Shown here in pieces: positions 1 through 6,879 of a stretch of DNA of 15,872 nucleotides. The position numbers were made by a program, and so were the translations under genes. Each line of letters begins with the position of its first letter. The first letter of the stretch is position 1. The stretch is taken from assembly GCA_000433915.1 (NCBI GenBank), contig HF993645.1, positions 16,129-32,000 on the forward strand. Direction: 5' to 3'. Source of the stretch: Clostridium sp. CAG:793. GTDB lineage: Bacteria; Bacillota; Clostridia; TANB77; CAG-508. The notes beneath the pieces were generated by a model that was given only the letters and a program-made list of their open reading frames with translations, did not search any database and was not told the DNA's origin.

Positions 1-52
1 CCCATGTCTCCGCCGTGAAAGGGCGATGTCTTAACCGCTTGACCACGGGGCC
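1..52 (-). tRNA. tRNA-Glu (anticodon UUC), partial. The 5' 52 nt are in the window and the 3' end lies beyond the left edge.
   Basis: The reverse complement of 1..52 reads GGCCCCGTGGTCAAGCGGTTAAGACATCGCCCTTTCACGGCGGAGACATGGG. It has an acceptor 5' arm, a D arm (GTCAAGCGGTTAAGAC) and an anticodon stem TCGCC/GGCGG with loop CTTTCAC, giving anticodon TTC. From memory it closely resembles Bacillus-type tRNA-Glu. Confidence 0.9.
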
Positions 53-62
53 ATAAAATATA

Positions 63-93
63 TTAAGGATTTAAGCAACTCTTAAATCCTTAA
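63..93 (-). other. Perfect 13-bp hairpin in the spacer between tRNA-Lys and tRNA-Glu. It could be a processing site or a partial terminator.
   Basis: The + strand reads ttaaggatttaag-caact-cttaaatccttaa. The two arms (63-75 and 81-93) are exact reverse complements. The hairpin lies 3 nt after the CCA end of tRNA-Lys and 10 nt before the 5' end of tRNA-Glu. On the minus strand it is followed by a weakly T-rich tail (aatatatttta). Confidence 0.55.
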
Positions 94-96
94 GAG

Positions 97-172
97 TGGT
101 GAGCCATCGGGGAATCGAACCCCGGACAACTTGATTAAAAGTCAAGTGCTCTACCAACTGAGCTAATGACTC
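97..172 (-). tRNA. tRNA-Lys (anticodon UUU), 76 nt with encoded CCA.
   Basis: The reverse complement folds as GAGTCAT-TA-GCTC-AGTTGGTA-GAGC-A-CTTGA-CTTTTAA-TCAAG-TTGTC-CGGGG-TTCGATT-CCCCG-ATGGCTC-A-CCA. This is a complete cloverleaf with all stems paired. The anticodon loop CTTTTAA gives TTT. Confidence 0.95.
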
Positions 173-209
173 GTGTCAAAGCATACAACATAAGTTGGAC
201 ACATTCCTT

Positions 210-238
210 ATTCTACTACAAGAATATCAATTTGTCAA
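210..238 (-). promoter_or_regulatory. SigA-type promoter for the tRNA-Lys/tRNA-Glu cluster.
   Basis: The minus strand reads TTGACA (+233-238), then 17 nt, then TAGAAT (+210-215), about 38 nt upstream of the mature 5' end of tRNA-Lys. The A/T-tract region at 239-285 immediately upstream resembles an UP element. The -35 context ATAGTTGACA is identical to that of the tRNA-Lys-CUU promoter at 6528-6537. Confidence 0.6.
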
Positions 239-279
239 CTATTTTTTTAATAAAAATTAATAAAATTTAAAATAAATTA

Positions 280-305
280 AAAATATGCATGAAAATGCAT
301 ATTTT
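280..305 (-). terminator. Putative weak intrinsic terminator downstream of the CBM-like gene.
   Basis: The inverted repeat is aaaatatgcat-gaaa-atgcatatttt, an 11-bp stem with a GAAA loop. It lies 25 nt past the stop codon at 331 and is followed on the minus strand by T-rich sequence. The stem is almost all A-T, so the call is weak. Confidence 0.35.
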
Positions 306-330
306 ATAACAAATTATAATAAAGAGAAAA

Positions 331-795
331 TTAATCCTCTACAGATTGTCTTTTCTTGTAGTCACCAGACAACAATTTAGGAAGATATTTAACAAACTTG
401 TAAAAAGCAAGTTTAACCTTTTTACTCCAAATATAAGACTTTCTTAATCTTTTTGGATAAACCAAAGATTGATTTTCAATAGTAATCAATGCAGCTGGAG
501 CTTTTTCAATATCGAAAGAATAATTCTTACCTTCATTATTGTCCCATAAATTATTAGAAGATCTAAAGCATAAATTCAAAGGTTCATTGCTAACAAGCTT
601 GATTTCAGCTTGAAAACCAAGTTCAGTCTTATGCATTTCAACATCACTTAAATAAGCCCACTCATTACCAAAACCATAATGAGCAAAAACCTTATCACAA
701 TTATTTTGAAACAATTCGCCAGTATAAGAAATCTTAACTGTAGAATTTTCAACTAATTTATCTGTATTAAAAAATATGTTTTTTATCAGTTCCAT
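331..795 (-). CDS. Small protein (154 aa) with a carbohydrate-binding module 25/53-like (starch/glycogen-binding) domain, no signal peptide, and a basic C-terminal tail.
   Basis: The ORF is intact, with AGGAG 8 nt upstream of the ATG. The layout resembles CBM25/CBM53 modules from memory: VKISYTG...FAHYGFGNEW...VEM...LCFRSSNNLWDNNEGKNYSF, including the WDNNxGxNY-type signature. There is no N-terminal hydrophobic segment. The C-terminal ~45 aa are Lys/Arg-rich. Confidence 0.7.
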   Translation of the reverse strand: MELIKNIFFNTDKLVENSTVKISYTGELFQNNCDKVFAHYGFGNEWAYLSDVEMHKTELGFQAEIKLVSNEPLNLCFRSSNNLWDNNEGKNYSFDIEKAPAALITIENQSLVYPKRLRKSYIWSKKVKLAFYKFVKYLPKLLSGDYKKRQSVED

Positions 796-824
796 TATTA
801 TCTCCTAAAAATATAACTAATTAT

Positions 825-853
825 ATTATAATAATTAGGATAACAATATTCAA
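825..853 (-). promoter_or_regulatory. Candidate SigA promoter for the CBM-like gene.
   Basis: The minus strand reads TTGAAT (+848-853), then 17 nt, then TATAAT (+825-830). A second, overlapping TATAAT sits at +820-825. An 8-bp inverted repeat ctaattat/ataattag (817-824 and 831-838) brackets the -10 and could be an operator. Confidence 0.45.
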
Positions 854-926
854 GCTCTTAACCAAAATGTATCAAAAATGTAAAATTTGTAACATAAGAA
901 ACAAAAATAAACCAGAAATCGACAAA

Positions 927-1511
927 TTACAACTGGTAAACCTTAAGAACTTTGCCAATAACAGAAAAATTTGAATTCTTAGTAAGAACAATATCATCGA
1001 TAAATTCACTATAAGCCCTAAGAACAATGTCATTTTTACGAACAATAAACTTGCGAATAATAATTCTACCACCAACTTCAAAAATACCAATATCTTTGCT
1101 GTTAAGAGGAGCATTAAGCTCAACATAAACAAAAGAACCATTAGGAAGTTTTGGAGCCATATCATTGCCATTAACCCTAAGAACAAAAGTTGCATTTCTC
1201 ACGTCAGAAGAACAATGAGCAAAACCATCAATAGACGAAATAATAGGAATAGAATCATATCTAACATGAAAAGGAGCATTGTATTTTACTTGATCATCAG
1301 AAAGCTCTCTGTCATAAGTATACATCAAAGGCTGGTAAGGCACATCAAGAGCTTGGCATAAGCTACGCAAAGCCTTGTGACTAGGATTACGCTCACCCTT
1401 CTCAATATGAGTAAGATGTCCAACATTAATATTGGTAGCCTTAGACAAATCAGTCTTAGAAACATTTTTATCACTTCTAATTCTAGCAATCAAATCACCA
1501 ATCATATACAT
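927..1511 (-). CDS. XRE-family HTH / peptidase S24 (LexA/CI-like) transcriptional repressor, with a non-canonical active-site motif.
   Basis: The N-terminus has an HTH_3 pattern (SKTDLSKATNINVGHLTHIEKGERNPS). The C-terminus has the S24 beta-fold pattern (FVLRVNGNDMAP...GSFVYVE...DIGIFEVGGRIIIRKF...VIGKVLKV). AGGAG lies upstream. The start could be Met1 (1511) or Met3 (1505). Confidence 0.9.
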   Translation of the reverse strand: MYMIGDLIARIRSDKNVSKTDLSKATNINVGHLTHIEKGERNPSHKALRSLCQALDVPYQPLMYTYDRELSDDQVKYNAPFHVRYDSIPIISSIDGFAHCSSDVRNATFVLRVNGNDMAPKLPNGSFVYVELNAPLNSKDIGIFEVGGRIIIRKFIVRKNDIVLRAYSEFIDDIVLTKNSNFSVIGKVLKVYQL

Positions 1512-1536
1512 ACACTCCTAAAAATAATTTAAACTA

Positions 1537-1566
1537 ATTATAATATAAATAGCAAAAAAAAGTCTA
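1537..1566 (-). promoter_or_regulatory. Candidate promoter for the XRE/S24 repressor gene.
   Basis: The minus strand reads TAGACT (+1561-1566), then 18 nt, then TATAAT (+1537-1542), followed by a short leader to AGGAG and the ATG. The match to consensus is only moderate and the background is very AT-rich. Confidence 0.35.
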
Positions 1567-1641
1567 GTATAAATAAAAAAAATATGATAATATACATATA
1601 AAAAAGAACCAAAGAATATAAAATAAAAGAAGGAAAATATT

Positions 1642-3171
1642 ATGGAAAAAACCACAATAATCAAAATATCCATATTAGTAGGGATAATAATATTAATATC
1701 AACAATATTCAGCATAATAAACATGGGAAACAACAAAATATACAATAATATATCAGTCCAAGGAAGCACAGTATCAGGGAAAACAGAACAAGAAGCAATC
1801 GAACAAATTACAAAACAATATAGAGAAAAAAGCCTAAAAGGGATCATACTAAAACATGGAGAATTTGAGATACAAATATCATACGATCAATTAAATATAG
1901 AAACAAACATAAACGATACAGTTCAAAAAGCATATAGTGTAGGAAGAAAAGGCAATATACTAACAAATAATTATGCAATATTATCAACATTAATAATTCA
2001 TAGAAACATAGAAATGCAATATGCCATAAATGAAACAAGCCTAGAGCAGATAATACAAGACACAGAATCAAAATTGCCAGACGTAGCAAAAGACAATAGC
2101 TATGAAATAGATGGAAACAACTTAATAATATCAAAAGGAAAATCAGGAGTCATAATAGATAAAGAAGAACTAAAAAGAAAAATACAAGAGAACATAAGAA
2201 ATCTAACAGATACTGAAAATACAATAGAAATACCAACCAAAAATAAAGAGCCTGAAGCAATAGATATAGAAAAAATAGCAAAAGAAATAACCAAAGAGCC
2301 ACAAGATGCGTATATAACCAAAGACCCACTAGTAGTTCATGCAGACGAAAACGGTATAGAGCTAGGGAAAACAATAGATGAAGCAAAAGAAATTTTAAAA
2401 GAAGACAAAGAAGAATACACAATACCACTAAAAATAACCTCAGCAAATAAAAAAGTAATAGACCTCGGAGAAGACGCATTCCCTAACCTTTTAGCCACAT
2501 TTACAACAAATTATGACTCAAGCAATACAAATAGAGACAACAACATCACACTAGCAACAGCCAAACTAAATGGAGCAATAGTAAACCCAGGCGAAGAATT
2601 TTCATACAACAAGCAAGTAGGAAAAAGAACAATAGAAGCAGGATTCAAAGAAGCCAAAGCCTATGCAGGAGGAAAAGTAGTATTAGATGTAGGAGGCGGA
2701 ATATGCCAAGTATCATCAACACTATATAATACCGCACTGCTTGCAAATCTTGATATAACAGAAAGACATAATCATTATTTTAGAACATCCTATGTAGCAG
2801 ACGGAAGAGATGCAACCGTATCATGGGGAACACTAGATTTCAAATTCAAGAACACTAGAAAATATCCAATAAAAATAGTAGCACAAGCAGGTGATGGAGT
2901 AGTAAAAATAGACATATATGGCATAAAACAAGAAGAAGATTATACAGTAGAAATAGAATCAGTAATAACAAATATAATCGAGTCAAAAACAGAATATATA
3001 ACAGACACAAGCCTTACTCCAGGTACAGAAAAAGTAACTCAAAAAGGAGCAAACGGAAGCACAAGCGAAGCGTACAAAAAGCTAATAAAAAATGGTGTAA
3101 TAGTATCAAGAACATTACTATCAAAAGACACATATAACGCATTACCAACAATAATAAAAAGAAATTCCTAA
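1642..3171 (+). CDS. VanW-family protein (YoaR-like) with an N-terminal membrane anchor and a C-terminal G5 domain.
   Basis: There is one N-terminal TM helix (IKISILVGIIILISTIFSII). The VanW core reads GGGICQVSSTLYNTALLANLDITERHNHYFRTSYVADGRDATVSWGTLDFKFKNT. The G5-like C-terminus reads TEYITDTSLTPGTEKVTQKGANGSTSEAYKKLIKNGVIVSRTLLSKDTY. Confidence 0.95.
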   Translation: MEKTTIIKISILVGIIILISTIFSIINMGNNKIYNNISVQGSTVSGKTEQEAIEQITKQYREKSLKGIILKHGEFEIQISYDQLNIETNINDTVQKAYSVGRKGNILTNNYAILSTLIIHRNIEMQYAINETSLEQIIQDTESKLPDVAKDNSYEIDGNNLIISKGKSGVIIDKEELKRKIQENIRNLTDTENTIEIPTKNKEPEAIDIEKIAKEITKEPQDAYITKDPLVVHADENGIELGKTIDEAKEILKEDKEEYTIPLKITSANKKVIDLGEDAFPNLLATFTTNYDSSNTNRDNNITLATAKLNGAIVNPGEEFSYNKQVGKRTIEAGFKEAKAYAGGKVVLDVGGGICQVSSTLYNTALLANLDITERHNHYFRTSYVADGRDATVSWGTLDFKFKNTRKYPIKIVAQAGDGVVKIDIYGIKQEEDYTVEIESVITNIIESKTEYITDTSLTPGTEKVTQKGANGSTSEAYKKLIKNGVIVSRTLLSKDTYNALPTIIKRNS

Positions 3172-3194
3172 TGTATAAGCATTAGGAATTTTTG
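3163..3194. terminator. Bidirectional intrinsic terminator shared by the convergent VanW and YtaF-like genes.
   Basis: The hairpin is aattcctaatg-tataag-cattaggaatt, an 11-bp stem that overlaps the VanW stop codon. It is followed by TTTT on the + strand and, on the minus strand, by ttcttttt. Confidence 0.8.
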
Positions 3195-3196
3195 CA

Positions 3197-3757
3197 CTAC
3201 AAGAAAAACTTAGCAATGCCAATTATAATAAGTAGAAATCCAGACAAAATAGAATATACCCAACTAGGCAAAAACTGAGAATTTCCTAGGAAAGAACCAA
3301 TAAACATACCAAGCTGTAAAAAAACAAATTGAAATATAGCAACAGCAAAAGGAAAAATAAAAAAGCACGACCCAATCAAACAGTAACTAAAACCAATTCC
3401 AAAACAATCAGCAGAAAGAGCAAATCCAAGAGCAATAGACTCCTTAGAATCAATTAAACTAGAACTATCAAAATCAAAGCATGCATCATCATTTTTACTA
3501 AAAATACATTTAAAAACAACACTAATACCAATAATACACAAAATGCTACTTCCAATAGTAGAAGAAACATTAGGGGAAATAAAACTATTAACAAAATTTC
3601 CGATAATAGTAGAAAAGAACGATACAGCAAGTGAAATTATAAAAATAATAAACATACTAAAACGTGAAATACAAGTATGTCTAAATCCATAAACCATGCC
3701 AACCCCAAGAGAATCAATGCTACTTGAGATAGCCAATAACAAGATTTGAATCAACAT
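3197..3757 (-). CDS. YtaF/MntP-family (DUF204) integral membrane protein. It is most like the sporulation membrane protein YtaF, a putative divalent-cation transporter.
   Basis: The 186-aa protein is very hydrophobic, with about 6 TM segments. The N-terminal motif ILLLAISSSIDSLGVGMVYG and the internal repeat GFALSADCFGIGFSY match the duplicated xSxD-containing half-domains of the MntP/YtaF family (recognised from memory). AGGAG precedes the ATG, and the stop is TAG. Confidence 0.8.
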   Translation of the reverse strand: MLIQILLLAISSSIDSLGVGMVYGFRHTCISRFSMFIIFIISLAVSFFSTIIGNFVNSFISPNVSSTIGSSILCIIGISVVFKCIFSKNDDACFDFDSSSLIDSKESIALGFALSADCFGIGFSYCLIGSCFFIFPFAVAIFQFVFLQLGMFIGSFLGNSQFLPSWVYSILSGFLLIIIGIAKFFL

Positions 3758-3869
3758 AATAAACTCCTATAATACAATATGAGAAAAACAAAATAAATGC
3801 TACAAAAAAGTAATAAAATAACAACTTGTACATACACTCTAATAAAACAAAAAACAAGGAGATAAAATT

Positions 3870-6497
3870 ATGTGGTATACATTAAGAAAAGAAGAAATTA
3901 TAAGAAAACTAGAAACAAATGAAAAGACAGGCCTAACTCAAAATCAAGTAGAAAAAAAACAGAAAGATATAGGAAAAAACGTAATAATAGAAGGAAAAAG
4001 TGAAACAATATTTACAAAATTTATAAAACAATTTAAAGACGCAATGATAATAATACTAATAGCCGCATCAGTAATATCAGCGATAATGTCATATGTGCAA
4101 GGAGAGAACAATTATATAGACTCAATAATAATAATAGCAATAGTAATCGCAAATGCACTAATGGGAGTAATCCAAGAATCAAAAGCAGAAAAAGCGATAG
4201 AATCATTAAAACAGCTAACACCTCCAAAAGCTAAAGTAATAAGAGATGGAGAAATAAAAACAATAAATGCTCAAGAATTAGTTCCAGGAGACATCGTAAA
4301 ATTAGAGGCTGGAAACAATGTCCCCGCAGACTGTAGAATAATAAAATGCACAAATTTAAAAATAGAAGAATCAAGCTTAACGGGAGAAAACTTGCCAGTA
4401 GAAAAACAATCAGAAGTAATAAACAAAACAAAGATTCCACTAGGGGATATACACAACATGGCATTTATGGGAAGCAATGTAATAACAGGACATGCTACAG
4501 CAATAGTAACAGAAACAGGAATGAACACAAAAGTAGGTCAAATAGCAAATCTAATGAAAAACAACGAAACACCAGAAACGCCTATACAAAAGAAGCTAGG
4601 AGAAGTAGGCAAGATATTAGGAATAGCATGTTTAGCAATATGCTTTATAATATTTATAATAGGAATAATAAAGAAAATAAACCCAATAGAAATGTTTATG
4701 ACATCAGTAGGATTAGCAGTTGCAGCAATTCCAGAAGGATTACCAGCAATAGTAACAATAGTATTATCAATAGGTGTATCAAAAATGGCAAAACAAAGAA
4801 GTATAATAAGAAAGTTACCAGCAGTGGAAACACTAGGGAGCAGTAGCGTTATATGTTCAGACAAAACAGGAACACTAACGCAAAACAATATGCAAGTACA
4901 AAAAATATATGCAAATAGTACAAAGCAAATATTAGAACTAGCAGCAATGTGCAATGATTGCGAATTGCAGTCTCTCCCTAAGAATAAAGAGCCTAAAATA
5001 ATAGGAGAACCAACAGAAACAGCAATAGTAAGAGAAGCAATAAGACAAGGAATAGACAAAAAACAATTATACGAAGAAATGCCAAGAATAGCAGATATTC
5101 CATTTGATAGTACAAGAAAAATGATGACAACAATTCACAAAACATCGGACGGTTATAGAATAATAACAAAAGGTGCGCCAGATGTTATATTTAAGCATTG
5201 TGCAAAAATAGACATAAATCAAGCACAAAAGCAAAATGAAGAAATGGCGCAAAACGCACTTCGCGTAATAGCAGTGGCATATAAAGACATATCGGGAGAA
5301 AACATAAAAATAACAGAAGACTTAGAGAAAAATTTAAAATTTGTAGGATTAATAGGAATGATAGATCCACCAAGACCAGGAGTAAAAGAAGCAATAGATA
5401 CATGTAAAAAAGCAGGAATAAGAACCGTAATGATAACAGGTGATCATATTCTAACAGCAACCGCAATAGCTAAGGAAATAGGCATAATAGAATCAAAAGA
5501 AGATAATGTCAAACACGCTATAACAGGAGAGGAACTAGATAAACTTTCAGACAAGCAGCTAGAAAAAACAATAAAACAATATTCAGTATATGCACGAGTA
5601 ACTCCAGAGCATAAAGTAAGGATAGTGAAAGCATGGCAAAATACAGGAGCAGTAGTAGCCATGACAGGAGATGGCGTAAATGATAGCCCAGCATTAAAAA
5701 AAGCAGATATAGGAATAGCCATGGGAAAGAACGGAACAGATGTAGCAAAAAATGCATCAGATATGATATTAACAGATGACAACTTTGTAACAATAGTAGA
5801 AGCAATAAAAGAAGGAAGAACAATATATGACAATATAAAAAAAGCAATACACTTCCTAATAGCCACAAATATAGGAGAAATCGTAACAATATTTGTAGGA
5901 TTAATATTAGGACTAAAAACACCTCTCTTAGCAATCCAATTATTATGGATAAACATGGTTACCGATTCATTCCCAGCAATAGCACTTGGACTAGAGCAAC
6001 CAGAAAAAGAAATAATGAATAGACCTCCGAACAAATCGAATCAAGGAATATTTTCAGATGGATTATGGAGCAAAATAATCACTGAAGGAATAATGATAGG
6101 AATGCTAACAATAGTAACATTCAGCATAGGAATAAAATATTACGGAATAGAAGTAGCAAGAACAATGACATTCTTCGCATTAGGAACACTAGAACTAATC
6201 CACAGTTTTAATATAAAAAGTGAACAATCAATACTAGAAAACAGCATATTAGAGAATAAATATCTAGTAATGAGCCTAATAGCAGGAATAATAATGCAAA
6301 TAGTAGTTATAATAATTCCACAACTAGCAAAAATATTTGAGTTAACAACATTAACAATGCAGCAATGGATAATAACAGCAGTAATATCAATTCTGCCAAT
6401 ACCAATAATAGAAATACAAAAATCAATAAACAAAATAAATGAAGAAAAAAGTTACACAAAAAATAACATAGTAAAAAGAACAAAATATAATTATTAA
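3870..6497 (+). CDS. P-type (type IIA, SERCA/YloB-like) calcium-translocating ATPase.
   Basis: The 875-aa protein has the TGES actuator motif (SSLTGENLP), PEGLPA in TM4, the phosphorylation site CSDKTGTLT, MITGDH, TGDGVNDSPALKKADIG, and Ca-site residues in TM5/6 (ATNIGEIV, WINMVTDSFPA). GGAG lies 9 nt upstream of the ATG. Confidence 0.97.
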   Translation: MWYTLRKEEIIRKLETNEKTGLTQNQVEKKQKDIGKNVIIEGKSETIFTKFIKQFKDAMIIILIAASVISAIMSYVQGENNYIDSIIIIAIVIANALMGVIQESKAEKAIESLKQLTPPKAKVIRDGEIKTINAQELVPGDIVKLEAGNNVPADCRIIKCTNLKIEESSLTGENLPVEKQSEVINKTKIPLGDIHNMAFMGSNVITGHATAIVTETGMNTKVGQIANLMKNNETPETPIQKKLGEVGKILGIACLAICFIIFIIGIIKKINPIEMFMTSVGLAVAAIPEGLPAIVTIVLSIGVSKMAKQRSIIRKLPAVETLGSSSVICSDKTGTLTQNNMQVQKIYANSTKQILELAAMCNDCELQSLPKNKEPKIIGEPTETAIVREAIRQGIDKKQLYEEMPRIADIPFDSTRKMMTTIHKTSDGYRIITKGAPDVIFKHCAKIDINQAQKQNEEMAQNALRVIAVAYKDISGENIKITEDLEKNLKFVGLIGMIDPPRPGVKEAIDTCKKAGIRTVMITGDHILTATAIAKEIGIIESKEDNVKHAITGEELDKLSDKQLEKTIKQYSVYARVTPEHKVRIVKAWQNTGAVVAMTGDGVNDSPALKKADIGIAMGKNGTDVAKNASDMILTDDNFVTIVEAIKEGRTIYDNIKKAIHFLIATNIGEIVTIFVGLILGLKTPLLAIQLLWINMVTDSFPAIALGLEQPEKEIMNRPPNKSNQGIFSDGLWSKIITEGIMIGMLTIVTFSIGIKYYGIEVARTMTFFALGTLELIHSFNIKSEQSILENSILENKYLVMSLIAGIIMQIVVIIIPQLAKIFELTTLTMQQWIITAVISILPIPIIEIQKSINKINEEKSYTKNNIVKRTKYNY

Positions 6498-6531
6498 AAA
6501 TTTGTAATAGATAAAAGTTAATAAAAAATAG

Positions 6532-6560
6532 TTGACATATAACAAAAAGCGTTGTATAAT
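6532..6560 (+). promoter_or_regulatory. SigA promoter for tRNA-Lys-CUU.
   Basis: TTGACA (6532-6537), then 17 nt, then TATAAT (6555-6560), with TG immediately upstream of the -10 and A-rich sequence upstream of the -35. It lies about 35 nt upstream of the tRNA 5' end. Confidence 0.75.
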
Positions 6561-6594
6561 AATCAAGTAATCAAAAAATGTCAACTATATAAAT

Positions 6595-6670
6595 GCACCT
6601 CTAGCTCAGTTGGTAGAGCAGCTGACTCTTAATCAGAAGGTCCGGGGTTCGACCCCCCGGAGGTGCACCA
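6595..6670 (+). tRNA. tRNA-Lys (anticodon CUU), 76 nt with encoded CCA.
   Basis: The fold is GCACCTC-TA-GCTC-AGTTGGTA-GAGC-A-GCTGA-CTCTTAA-TCAGA-AGGTC-CGGGG-TTCGACC-CCCCG-GAGGTGC-A-CCA. The acceptor and T stems are perfect. The anticodon loop CTCTTAA gives CTT. There is one G-A mismatch at the top of the anticodon stem. Confidence 0.95.
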
Positions 6671-6674
6671 AATC

Positions 6675-6704
6675 AAAATCAGTACAGAAATGTACTGATT
6701 TTTT
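6675..6704 (+). terminator. Intrinsic terminator of tRNA-Lys-CUU.
   Basis: The hairpin is aaaatcagtaca-gaaa-tgtactgatttt, a 12-bp stem with a GAAA loop, running into a T6 tract (6699-6704). Confidence 0.85.
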
Positions 6705-6831
6705 GCGTTAAGCCCCAAAATACAAAATTGAATAATAATAAACAAATCTGGAAAAATAACAGTAAAGAAAAATAAAAAAACATATACAATAGAAAATTAC
6801 GAAATATAAATATCTCAAGTAAAATAAAAAC

Positions 6832-6879
6832 AAACCCAAATTGTTAGACAAAAAAGTTTAACAAGGAGGGTTTATTTTT
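6832..6879 (+). promoter_or_regulatory. Terminator-like or attenuator-like hairpin plus U-tract in the leader of the ABC importer operon.
   Basis: The outer stem is aaaccc (6832-6837) paired with gggttt (6868-6873). A 3x3 internal loop separates it from the inner 9-bp stem ttgttagac (6841-6849) / gtttaacaa (6856-6864, one G-U pair), which has an A6 loop. The sequence tttattttta follows. The 3' arm contains AAGGAGG. Function is not established. Confidence 0.35.

Noticed and set aside
1524-1541. ATAATT-N6-AATTAT inverted repeat in the repressor promoter as the same operator as the AATTAT-N6-ATAATT repeat at 819-836.
   Set aside because: The half-sites are arranged in opposite (everted versus inverted) order, so they are not the same palindrome. 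Six-bp A/T-only arms are also expected by chance in this composition.
3758-3869. A yybP-ykoY manganese riboswitch, or a mother-cell sigma (SigE/SigK-like CATAnnnTA at +3773-3781) promoter, upstream of the YtaF/MntP-like gene.
   Set aside because: No GGGGAGUAG-type riboswitch core is present in the 112-nt spacer. The CATATTGTA match ends only about 5 nt from the Shine-Dalgarno sequence, so a transcript starting there would lack the RBS.
4346-4846. A 166-aa + strand ORF rich in Arg, Asn, Ser and Lys, lying inside the Ca-ATPase gene. A similar 74-aa ORF lies at 8077-8301 inside the permease gene.
   Set aside because: These are off-frame readings of A-rich coding sequence, where AGA, AAC and AAA are generated by frame shift. 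They have no independent start context, and the in-frame ATPase and permease motifs are unambiguous.
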